A stretch of DNA of 63,292 nt, the filler included, from Intoshia linei (lineage: Eukaryota; Animalia; Orthonectida): the NCBI GenBank assembly GCA_001642005.1. It is 5 parts of 5 records of this genome, joined end to end, with 100 filler letters (N's around TTAATTAATTAA, not from the genome) between each part and the next. Parts side by side here need not be neighbours in the genome. Positions count along the whole stretch, not along the records: positions 1 to 21,843 come from LWCA01000621.1; positions 21,944 to 34,133 come from LWCA01001102.1; 3 more parts are not named here. One strand, written 5' to 3'. Position numbers and translations under genes: made by a program. This document shows positions 13,701 to 24,181 of this stretch, one piece after another; positions within the stretch are counted from its first letter, which is position 1, and the number at the start of each line of letters is the position of its first letter. The notes beneath the pieces were generated by a model. It saw only the letters and a program-made list of their open reading frames with translations, was not told the origin of the DNA and searched no databases.

Positions 13701-16700
13701 TTGTCGATTTCTGAGAAAAAATGTATTTATTCCTAATTATACAAAAATAAGAAATATTCAAATGTATATTCAGTTCGACTTATAAACAAAATCACATTTC
13801 CAAAGATAATACTTTAATAAAAACAAATCTCAAAAGAATTATTTTTAATTGAAAAATAATTTTTATCTGGTCGATAACAATACAGATGGTGAGATCAAAA
13901 GAAATTAAAAATATATATAAAATGAATTTAATATCGAAAATGTATTATAATTACTGATGAGAATGAAACTGACAAGAAAAAACTGATAATATGAACTACT
14001 GATGAGATGATTGCTGATGACATTATTACTGATGATTTGATAGGGAACCTTATCCAAATAGAACCAATGATATAATGAATAATAATAACCTAAAATATTT
14101 TACCGAACATTTACTTGAACCTTCTCCAAAATAAATTTGGCATTGTCTATCCAAATCAAACATTTCACCTGGCATCTGACTTAAATCTTCATCACTAACA
14201 TCATGATGACATACCGTGTTGAACAAACATACTCTTGGAAAACTAATGTACAAATAATTATGTAGTTATTTATCATAATAATTAAAAAAAATATTAGATT
14301 AAACATTACACAGCGAACAAAATAAATTGAATATGATAAAAATTTTATTAAAGAATAAAAATTTATATAACAATTTAAAAAACTTAAAAAACAAGTTTTG
14401 AAAATGTGAAATCAAAATTTTTATACTGATTAACTAATTAATTTCACAGTAACAATTTATTTTTTTTATATAATCTATATAGTATATATAATCAATAATA
14501 TATATATCTAACTTATCTGTTATGTACTTTGTAAACATTAGTTGAATAAAACCCAGTAAACATTATTTAAAATATGATTTACCCATTGAATGAATTTCCA
14601 TAAATTACGTTTTTCATTGCGATAACCGAGCAGGATGAAAAAATATAAGAATTTTTATAATTTTCTTTTTTAACGTACCCGCCACCAGGACGCATAATAT
14701 AATTTTCATTAGGATCACAATCTTGACTATTTCCGATACCATCATGTTCTGATCCTAAACTAAAATATTTCTTTTAAATTAATAAGATGAATATTTACTT
14801 GTGACCTAATTCGTGTGCGGCTGTATTCCATGATCGATAACCTCTGTCCTCGATAGTTGACACACTACTTCCTGAAATACAAATTCCCGCTAAAGGAGCA
14901 TAGCCTACATTAGAAAATAAATAAAAAATAAAAATCTGGTTCCTTATATTTTTTTTGTATATTTTTTTATATTCCTACTTTTTATAAATCCCAAGAATGG
15001 CAAGTTATAGAGAATACTGTACATGAACTACCTAACATGCAATCAGTTACAAATTACTAATATATAAATAATAATATATAAAGAATAAATAAATAAATAA
15101 CTAATAATGTATAAATTGCTAAAATTATAATATACTAACAGCGCATGACAGTACGTTTTGACCCCATTCAAATAAATAAAATTAATACTCAGTAAAAATC
15201 GATATTTCATATACCATAGACTCTATTCATAACAACATTTTTACATCATAAAATGCATAAAATCACATCATTACATTTCATAATGTTGTTATACGATAAT
15301 GTAAACGTTAATCTATATAAAAAAATCTTTTTTGATCTTTATTATTATATTTCTAAAATAATCCATAACGACACACAAAATAATTTGTTAATCATATTTA
15401 ATTATTATTGGCAGTCGATTTATTAGCCATGAAATAAAATGCGTTAACACCAAATAAAGTGACTTAACATCAAATTGTAAATTCTATCATGAAATAAATA
15501 CAATAGCAGTCAATAGAAAGTAATTAGACAATACTTTTATTTAATTTGAAGGCAATTTATTACGTCTAGCAACAATACATACATTTGTGCTCAAATAAAA
15601 TGTTATAGGATCAGTAAAGTTAATTTATCAAATAATAACATTTTAAGTCAAATTAATTTGATTCAACTTCAAATTATATATAATCAAATTGAATAATTTT
15701 GAATTTAAAATATTAAATTTCATTCAACAAGATTAATTTTAATTAACAAAAATTAAAAATTAATATTCAGTAATGAAATTAAACAATATCAAAGGAAAAT
15801 TGTCCGCTTCACTGAACCTAAAATTGTATTGCTCATTTTTGAGTCATAAAATTTGAAATTAAAATATTGTAAACAAATGAAAATATATTTGATAAATATA
15901 TGGAAAAAATGTTTTAAGAATATGAAGTATGTTACAGGTTATGTTAACAATCAGGAATGGAAGCTATCAACGTGTACTTGTCGATTTTTTTTAAAAATTT
16001 TTAAATGTAAACACTTAATATTGGTAGCAATGCATTTAAATTTATTCAAAAATGATGATTTATTGGTTGAATCAAAATCAATTTTCACCAAAGAGAAAAA
16101 AAAGTACGTCCCAAAGGACCCACAAGGGCTTTAATTGTAGATTAAATAAACATTAATTAGTAGTAAATTTACTGTTTTCCTCATCTTATTTATATATAAT
16201 TTGATACTACACATGCGATTTAATTTGATGTTTATTGTAATTATTTGACTGTTCAATCAACTATTTTGATTTAAATTCAATTTTATTTTCTTAAAAATAT
16301 GTTTATTTTTATATGTTTGAATTTTATCGTCATTATTATTATATATTTACATAATATTTATATAACATAATAATTGTCAACATAATATTTTGTAATTTAT
16401 AATAATTAATTAACTTGTAATTTGTTTTTTAAATCAATTGACTTTCGCAAACCGCAAAACCGAAATACCAAATAAAATTTTTAGATTTAAAAAAGAAAAC
16501 TAACATGAATCTATATATATCTATATCTATTTATATATTATAATAATTAAATAAACCCATCATATACCTATTATAATTAACTATAAATCGATTTTATCTA
16601 AGTAACCATTATTTCGCATGCTACCAACGACTTATATAAAAAATATTATAGCAATAATAACTTTAACTTTAATCTTATGCATATTTGTCTTAGATCTAAA

Positions 16701-19700
16701 CGCACTGTCGCGTACTGTGTAAATTGTATTTTTATATATTTTTTTATAACCCATTGAGATTCCTCAGTATAATTGTAATGTTAAAATTAAATTTTCATTT
16801 TAAATAATTGAGTAAATAAAGATATGAAAAGGGTCTGAGTAAAATCAGAGCTTATTATTTCACATGTTCAATATTATATAATTGCAATTGTAGGATAAAA
16901 ATGCCACTATGCAAATATCGCATATAAATTCTGAAATATATCAATGAATTTCCAATGGCTTTGTCAAGTACCGATCTGCGAAGAATATATATAAAACGTA
17001 AAAAATATTATAAAAATAACATGTTACTAATAAATAAGAAATAGGAATTGTCACGCATTAGAAAACCACAATGATAAAATTTAATTTAGTTATCCTCTTT
17101 TTATCGATTGGTTTAATTTATTTTTACATTATAATTGATCCGAAAAAGTGAAAAAGTAAAAGTTAAAATTTCTATTATCTAAATCAGAGGTTCCCAACCA
17201 GTCGATCTTGAAGTGTCCGAAATTCAATCGTGAGATTTTTATAAAATTTTTATAAAAATTTTCTCTATCACTGTGTACTACACAGTTTATAGGAGTTTTT
17301 TTCTAAATCTAGTAATAGTTGCCAATTATGATTTACGATTTTGATTAAGTGATGTTCATATGAAACTGAATAATCAATATATTCGTACTACTTGTTAATA
17401 TATGTATTATTAATATATTCTTTTTTTAACTTGCGTTATCGGCCTTCCCCAGGTTGGTAAATCTTTCAAAATTGGAAAACGTAAAAGTAGGTCTTAATTC
17501 AATAAAATTTAAATTCATAATGAATATTAATACAATTAATAAAGGCGTAATAAATAAATCAATGTATACATTGACTATATATTTCAGTCATAATAAACAA
17601 CACAAAGATAGTTGGAATTTCAATGGGTAAATAATTATTATTTATATACCAGTTGTATTGTCTCCAAATAAGTTATATCTATTATTAAATTATTGCCTAT
17701 TTTTTAATCTTACTCGCCAATAATAAACGCTAAACAGTATATTTTCACAATATAGTAATAAACGCTACAAATTCCAAGCTATAAATATAAGCAAGACGCT
17801 ATGTTTAGTTGAAAAATAATGATTAATACACCATAAAGTTAATTATTATTATTTGATTAAATTACTAGTTGACTGTTATGTACTACGTACAAACTGCATC
17901 TAGCTCTGCCGAGGGCACATTGTTATTTTACCATAAAAATAAATTCAATAATAAAATCAGACTTAAAAATACTACTATTAACTATAATCAATCTTTTATC
18001 ATCAATATACGTTATTTAGTGGACAGAATTCATTATTGACGAGTTAAAAACAAATTTAAAAAAATAAACTGTATAATTAAACACGGAGAAGAATATTATA
18101 AACTCGGTACCACGTTTAAAAACTCAAACGCCAATTTTAGTTAAAATAAAGTTCAGTTTTAATTTCTCTATAATATTTTTAATGTGATATTTAAAAGGCA
18201 GTCGATTTATTAGTCATCAAATAAAATGCTTTAACATCAAATAAAGTGACTAAACTTCAAATTGTAAATTCTATCATCAAATCAATACGATAGCAGTCAA
18301 TAGAAAGTAATTAGACAATACTTTTATTTAATTTGAAGGCAATTTATTACGTATAGCAACAATACATATATTTGTGCTCAAATTAAATTTTATAGCATCA
18401 GTAAAGTTAATTTTTTAAGTTAATTTATCAAATAACCTTTAAAGTCAAATTATATATAATCAAATTAAATAATTTTGAATTTAAAATATTAAATTTCATT
18501 CAGCAAGATTAATTTTAATTAACAAAAATTAAAAATTAATATTCAGTAATGAAATTGAACAATATCAAAGGAAAATTGTCCGCTTCACTAAATTTAAAAT
18601 TGTATTGCTCATTTTTGAGTCATAAAATTTGAAATTAAAATATTGTAAACAAATGAAAATATATATGATAGATATATGGAAAAAATGTTCCAAGAATATA
18701 AGTATGTTATAGGTTATGTTAACAATCAGGAATGGAAGCTATCAACGTGTATGTCGATTTTTTTAAAAATTTTTAAATGTAAACACTTAATATTGGTAGC
18801 AATGCATTTAAATTTATTTAAAAATGATGATTTATTGGTTGAATCAAAATCAATTTTCACCGAAGAGAAAAAAAGTACGTCCCAAAGGACCCACAAGGGC
18901 TTTAATTGTAGATTAAATAATCATTAATTAGTAGTAAATTTACTGTTTTCCTCATCTTATTTATATATAATTTGATACTACACATGCGATTTAATTTGAT
19001 GTTTATTGTAATTATTTGACTGTTCAATCAACTGTTTTGATTTAAATTTTATTTTATTTTCTTAAAAATATCTTTATTTTGACTTGTCTGAATTTTATCG
19101 TATATTTAAAATGACAAACGTAACTCGAATAGATAGCGTTAAATATTTTTGATTTCGAACTAGTTTTTATATTTTAAAAATACACACTTTTAGTGCTAAT
19201 TGCCCTTGATTCTTTAATGGTGTGACACCCTAATATATATATTATCATTATTGTTTCCAATTTGGTTTTGAAATTATAGTAAAAACATGTTGGTGTCAGT
19301 TTTCACAAAACTAAATTAATCTATTAACTGGTTGACACGCGTTTACGGTTTTTTAAAAATTATAGTAATCTAGATATAAAACATAGCAACATGTGAAATT
19401 GAACTGTGATATAGAATAATTATAATCAATTTCTGCGGTTGACATTTTATATTTATATCAATTCAACCTCTATCAGAATAACTACTACTCAGAAAAGAAA
19501 AAACTATTATTGAAGTTGAACTCACAAATAATCAAAAAAAATACTATAGAGCTATTTTAAAAGGTAATTTCAGTTTTTTGACTAACCAGACTTCAGGAAC
19601 TCTGCCATCTTTGGTCAATACAATGATGGAATTGCGTAAATGTTGTATTCATCCATTTTTAATCAAAGGAGCTGAAGATAAAATAATCTCAACCGCTAAA

Positions 19701-21253
19701 ACCAAATTGGAAAATCATGAATTAATAACTAACCCAAACGTGTTTTATGACTGTGTAGTCAAATCTTGCGGTAAATTGGTGCTTATCGATAAACTTTTAC
19801 CGAGATTAAAGAATAACAATCATATATATATACAATTAATATGTCCAAATTTATAAAACTTTAAAATATTTGTATTGTGTAAATAAGTAGTGCAAGGGAG
19901 AAAATTCGTTTTGAAATTGAAGTAAGAGCAAAAAACTAAGGGAAGGAATGATGAAATAGTTGTGTATAATTTTTTTTAATTTTGCGGTCCGCGAAATTTG
20001 TAAAATTTATTTTTTAGCCCTCACTCGCCATGTGTTTGGATCACCCTGAATTAGATCACAAAAAATATTCACGGAGTATAATAAAAATACCATTTTTTTA
20101 AAATTATAAAACTATTTAATTTTTTAAAAAAATGGCAAGGTGTGTTTTGACATGAAATGAACTTTTTTGAGGTTTCCCTATCAATTTTTTTTTAAAGCTA
20201 TTAAATCAGTAAATTGGATTAATAGGTTAGTTTTAATTTTTTTTAGGTTTTTTTTAATCACAATTCAATGCAATTCACCACCCTAAACCAAATAATCTAA
20301 CCTTGTCCAATGCATAAGAAAGTCGGGGTCCAACCAGTTTTTACCATTTTCTGCCAACCATTTTTTTAAATTGTTTAGTAATGAATCTCCATCTATTGTA
20401 GTATTGACAAAATTGCTTCCATGATGAGTAATTGCACTTATAACATATTGGGAATGTTCTTTATTCTATATTTATCAATTGTGTTAATAAAATTTTGCAT
20501 TTATATACCGATGTTATCATTATTTCCTTCAGAAATGGTTTGATGATAATATTATAAGAATTAAAATCGATACTTGAATAGGCCATAACAATCTAATTAA
20601 TACATTAAATATAATTTCACCGTTTAATATAAATGTTACATTTAATGTGTACAATGGGTCATATAATTTACACCTACTATTAATATATCGTATAATTTGC
20701 AACCTGTTCTTGTACTATGTATATTAGGATTTCACACCCATCAAAGAATTAAGGGTGATTAGTGTGGAAATAGTGTATTATCATGATGTATAAAATAATC
20801 TATAATGGGTGTTACAAAGATGCCGATTCGAGTTGCCGATTTTTTTTAAATTCTAGGGCTGTTTTCATTTAAAAAAAAAAATTTCTCGAACTCGTTAGAT
20901 TTTCAAAAAAAGGATAATTGGGCTTTTTGATATATATGTTAATATATAATAATAATATGTTAGTTTGGAAGGTTGAAATTTATCTTACTAACACCCGAAA
21001 AAAACTATAATAGAAATGTGGACTTTATAAAATTCTAAGACTAATAGCTATTAATATATAATTGATTGTATGATTATAGCTAATGATTATATAAGTAATG
21101 ATATTATTTTATTCAACCATTATCATTAAAATTAAAGAAAATTAAAATATAAGATTATGTGTACATAAATCAATTACCCCGTTCATCATATGACCAAATC
21201 GATAACGTATATGTTTGAGTGCATCGTTTTCTGTTTCAAATCTCTCCATAGCC
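1775..21253 (-). CDS. ADAMTS-like M12B (reprolysin) zinc metalloprotease with disintegrin-like domain, PLAC-like module, Thr/Ser-rich linkers and at least 2 ShK domains; spliced, 5' and 3' ends not found
   Basis: Phase-compatible GT-AG exons: 21253-21178, 20592-20509, 20465-20302, 17678-17650, 14904-14799, 14759-14583, 14242-14104, 11087-10974, 9109-9058, 8120-7989, 7839-7609, 6429-6370, 6277-6170, 6113-6042, 3862-3761, 3606-3499, 1891-1775. Translation includes GYAPLAGIC, TAAHELGHNLGSEHDG (HExxHxxGxxH), YIMRP (Met-turn), FSSCS, MPGEMFDLDRQCQIYFG and EGTHCGDNK/WCIHAEC. Confidence 0.9.
2191..2688. mobile_element. Probable hAT-like MITE
   Basis: Starts CAGCCTGACC, ends GATCAGGCTA (imperfect TIR), GC-rich subterminal GGGGCRC motifs; no clear TSD. 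Confidence 0.4.
3499..3606 (-). CDS. ShK domain exon 2 of the protease (CQDISDQCGSYRTYCDEPKMKSTMHQYCKYTCRFC)
   Basis: 108-nt phase 1-1 exon with the same Cys spacing as 6170-6277. Confidence 0.9.
4431..4700 (+). pseudogene. DNA-transposase N-terminal relic (possibly hATm-like)
   Basis: ORF 4431-4718 (VASELHSIWLK...KINKFVEDFKK) resembles N-terminal regions of such transposases; it abuts a gypsy fragment. Confidence 0.35.
4700..5575 (+). mobile_element. Ty3/gypsy LTR retrotransposon 3' relic (integrase, PPT, short LTR-like segment)
   Basis: FGPPKMIQT..GTLFE..TKPYVHEEIGKVER..TNLSPLEILYG is the rve integrase pattern. A purine tract AGAAAGAGAGA is followed by TGTAG at 5460-5464; TTACA at ~5575. 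Confidence 0.75.
6170..6277 (-). CDS. ShK domain exon 1 of the protease (CVDRSDKCHEYEKYCKIERMIETMKTYCPMKCGFC)
   Basis: 108-nt phase 1-1 exon; six Cys with the terminal CxxxCxxC pattern of ShKT. Confidence 0.9.
7989..8120 (-). CDS. PLAC-like Cys-rich exon of the protease (CENYYDNCDNLVKAKQFICFTKDFSTRCCKAC)
   Basis: 132-nt phase 1-1 exon; six Cys ending in CCxxC, as in PLAC domains. Confidence 0.7.
9601..10233 (-). mobile_element. Non-autonomous Helitron copy (internally deleted)
   Basis: 5' TC-start block at 10233 and 3' hairpin block (GTTGACAGTTATGTACTACGTACAAAC on +) at ~9601-9630. Confidence 0.75.
11440..12635 (-). mobile_element. Adjacent Helitron-family fragments
   Basis: Matches the internal and 5' blocks seen at 9780-10233 and 62786-63292. 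Confidence 0.65.
12975..14049. mobile_element. Foldback/MULE-like element with periodic subrepeats in inverted arms
   Basis: TCATCAGT/TTATCAGT repeats at ~14-15 bp period (12977-13035) mirrored by ACTGATRA repeats (13953-14037); internal ~125-bp direct repeat 13120-13245 / 13445-13570. Confidence 0.5.
15409..16330 (+). mobile_element. MULE-type transposon relic with SWIM zinc finger, copy 1
   Basis: STCTCRFFLKIFKCKHL (CxC..CxH SWIM); nearly identical copy at 18197-19100. Confidence 0.7.
17865..18000 (-). mobile_element. Helitron 3' terminus
   Basis: CTAGTTTGACTGTTATGTACTACGTACAAAC...CTCTGCCGAGGGCAC on +, i.e. hairpin plus CTAG on the minus strand. Confidence 0.75.
18197..19100 (+). mobile_element. 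MULE-type transposon relic with SWIM zinc finger, copy 2
   Basis: Direct repeat of 15409-16330 starting GGCAGTCGATTTATTAG; small deletion removes one SWIM Cys. Confidence 0.7.
19482..19856 (+). pseudogene. Isolated fragment of a CHD6-9/kismet-type SNF2 chromatin-remodelling helicase
   Basis: KEKTIIEVELTNNQKKYYRAILKGNFSFL...PSLVNTMMELRKCCIHPFLIKGAEDKI...SCGKLVLIDKLLPRLK. In-frame stop just upstream; diverges before the expected KVLIFSQM. Confidence 0.85.
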
Positions 21254-21843
21254 CTTACAAATATATACAATTAAACGTGAATTTAGGAAGAAAGAAATCT
21301 CAAATTTATAAAATCAATATTTATAGAAAGAAAAATATAATTTCTTTATATTTCTGTTTTTATTTTAAAATTTTATTCATGTATTGTATACTACATTTAT
21401 TATTGAAGAAAAACAGAATATATAATAATTATTATATATATATAATTATAATGGTAATAATGTAATAATAATAATTAATTTTTGGTTGAAAATACATATT
21501 TCAGCAAAATAAATTGATAAGATTTGAAAGGAATTGATTATCAGATGCCTAGAAAAATCAATGATCTCATTGGTGTTAGAGGTTGGTCAACAAAATGTTA
21601 ATGCTTTATAGATTAACATAAATAATATAAAAAAACTATATATATTAATACTACTTTATGCACTAGACACGTATATAACTAATACTTGTTTGATAAAATT
21701 TATGATACATTTCGTCCATTAATTGTTTAATAAGATGTCATTAATATACTAATTATTATAATTTTGAGGCCATAATTTATATAAATAAACAAAAATTAAA
21801 AATATAATAAAATAATTGAGGGCTGACCAAATGATTTAAAATT

Positions 21844-21943
21844 NNNNNNNNNNNNNNNNNNNNNNNNNNNNNNNNNNNNNNNNNNNNTTAATTAATTAAN
21901 NNNNNNNNNNNNNNNNNNNNNNNNNNNNNNNNNNNNNNNNNNN
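21844..21943. other. Assembly spacer (also 34134-34233, 54365-54464, 60618-60717)
   Basis: Identical 100-bp N-TTAATTAATTAA-N linker giving stops in all six frames. Confidence 0.97.
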
Positions 21944-22270
21944 GAATGTCAACATGCATTTGAAACTATAAAAACTAAAATTTCTGAAGGTACGGTTTTA
22001 TCGACATTCGACCAGAACGCTACTACAATTGTACAAGTAGATGCATTGGTATTGGAGCCAGTTTTATTGGAAATTCAAAATGGTAACGAAACTGTTATCG
22101 CATTTTATTCATCTAAATTATCTAAAACGGAGATTAATTATGCCACTGGCGAGAAAGAAGCGCGAGCATGTGTTTTAGCCACGCGCAAATGCCATAATTA
22201 TGAATATGGACGCCATATTATTTTATGAACTGATCAATTACCTCTTGTCCATTTAATGAAAACAGTAACG
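21944..22270 (+). pseudogene. Ty3/gypsy RT-RNase H relic
   Basis: ECQHAFETIKTKI..TIVQVDA..VIAFYSSKLSKTEINYATGEKEARACV..IIL*TDQLPL; frameshift and stop. Confidence 0.85.
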
Positions 22271-22929
22271 AAGGGCTTATATAGTATATAGTTATAGTGT
22301 ATATTTTTTTAATACTCATTTTACAAAAATTTGTAGCTCAATTGTGCAATTATTGTTGACACACTATCAAAAGATCGTAAATAAATTTGTTTCTAATATG
22401 CTTTGTAAATATAATATGGTATTTTAATATTTCAGTTTTAATTAGGTTTGTAGTCTATCGTAAATCGTTACATCGTATAAATAATAATTGATTTACGATA
22501 ATTTGAACTAACATGAACAAAATTGGTTCATAGAATTTTCTAGATTAGTCACATTATGTTTTGGCTTGAATTCCATATTAATGAATTGATTTAAAAATGA
22601 GACTTACGCGTAGCTTAGTAAAAAACGTTAATACGTATTAATATTATTTATTAATCTTTATAAATTGTCGTATTTAAACTTAATAGCTCCCTAATTTTAT
22701 CACATTCATTCATTATCGTGTCCGTTCAAATGATCGTAGATCTAGAGACCCAAGTTAAAACTAAAATATTAAGATACCATATTATACCTACAAACCATAT
22801 TACAAAAAAATGGAGATATTGGTGTATGTATATATGGTGTGAACACCATACAATATTTTTTTATCCAATTCAATTATAAATTCTAATATTAGTATATTTT
22901 ACGATCTTTTCATAGTGCGTCTGAATATA

Positions 22930-23442
22930 TATCTTTACATTGAAAATGACACAATAAGTTTTAATTATTTTATTTTTTCTGAAATTTATGATAATTTTTA
23001 GGATTGGACTGTTTTTACTTTATTTTTAATATTATACACACATTATGTCTAATAAAATTGGACTGTTTTTACTTTATTTTTAATATTATACACACATTCT
23101 GTCTAATAAAATTAAAAAGTTTTAACTTTATTTTTAATATTATACACACATTCTGTCTAATAAATTAAAAAAATGGGATAATAATTGTATTAAAATTCTA
23201 TACGCAAATGTTAACAAACAAAAAATTAATATGGAATAATTCATTTTGAAATAAAAAGTAATGTGATATGATGATTCCACCTGAAAAAAATTTGGGAACC
23301 ACTCCTTTAAAGGAATGATTATAGTGAATAGTAGGATTTTTAAGTTAGATTTTCAACGTAAATTTATTTTTTAAGTATAATAAAAATGTGTCCTCGGCAG
23401 AGCTAAGTTATGTTTGTACGTAGTACATAACAGTCAACCTAG
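22930..23442 (+). mobile_element. Helitron 3' half with internal ~55-bp tandem triplication
   Basis: Ends GTTTGTACGTAGTACATAACAGTCAACCTAG|T; three copies of ACTTTATTTTTAATATTATACACAC at 23017-23150. Confidence 0.8.
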
Positions 23443-23707
23443 TCATATATAATACTCCACATATCTACTTTATTTAACATTTCTATTGACCTTCAAATAT
23501 ATCCATTTGAACATTGGATGGACATAGTCCATTTTAGGCACTTTTTCGAACTTTAGACGTATTTTTAAAAAAAAATAGACGTGATGCAGAAAAACTGATT
23601 ATAGTATCTTGTTCAGAATACAAATCTCTTCCAGGTGCACTAAATTTTACTATTGCACTAGAAAAAAGTTGTTATTTTGTTGAACAGTGTAATGAATTAA
23701 ATTAAAA

Positions 23708-23857
23708 TGGCCAGAAAAATACGTACTATAACTTTTAGTATATTTGGAATAAATTTTAAGTCGCAAATTTTTGTTCGTCATCATCGATAAGTAATTTTGG
23801 CTTTACATTCATCACCAAATGAACTAAAATTCAATGTACGTATTTTTTCTGGCCACT
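23708..23857. mobile_element. Tc1/mariner-type MITE remnant
   Basis: Inverted repeats TGGCCAGAAAAATACGTAC / GTACGTATTTTTTCTGGCCACT; the same terminus ends ..CACTG|TA at 41157-41180. Confidence 0.65.
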
Positions 23858-24181
23858 TTAATTAATTCAGTGTTTCATAACAACCACAATGTACTTTATT
23901 GTTCAAATGATTTGAAAAGATCGCTCATTTGAAACACTACTCGTAAATGACGTTTTAATAAATTACGTTATGGTAAGTCTTCACTGTAATTAATAAAAAG
24001 TTAAGTTAACTTATGAATAGGAACAATTTTGACAATCTCTGCATAAATTCATAAAGTTTAATAAAATTAAATCCAATTTCCTACAAGTTGGTTGGCAACA
24101 ATGTCTATTGATATTAATTTAAAAATGAAGTTACCATTAAATTATTTACAACATTTTTTATAAATAAAAATTTGAAAATCA

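Noticed and set aside
21844-21943. Palindromic TTAATTAATTAA between N runs, four times in the window
   Set aside because: Artificial six-frame-stop scaffolding linker; ORFs 60454-60669 and 60666-60869 that cross it are artefacts.
23005-23165. Three spaced direct repeats resembling a CRISPR array
   Set aside because: Head-to-tail tandem duplication within a Helitron; no unique spacers, no cas genes, eukaryotic context.
24012-24105. Minus-strand Cys-rich frame HCCQPTCRKLD..CRDCQNC resembling an AN1 zinc finger
   Set aside because: Spacing wrong, terminal His absent, immediate stop; not supportable.
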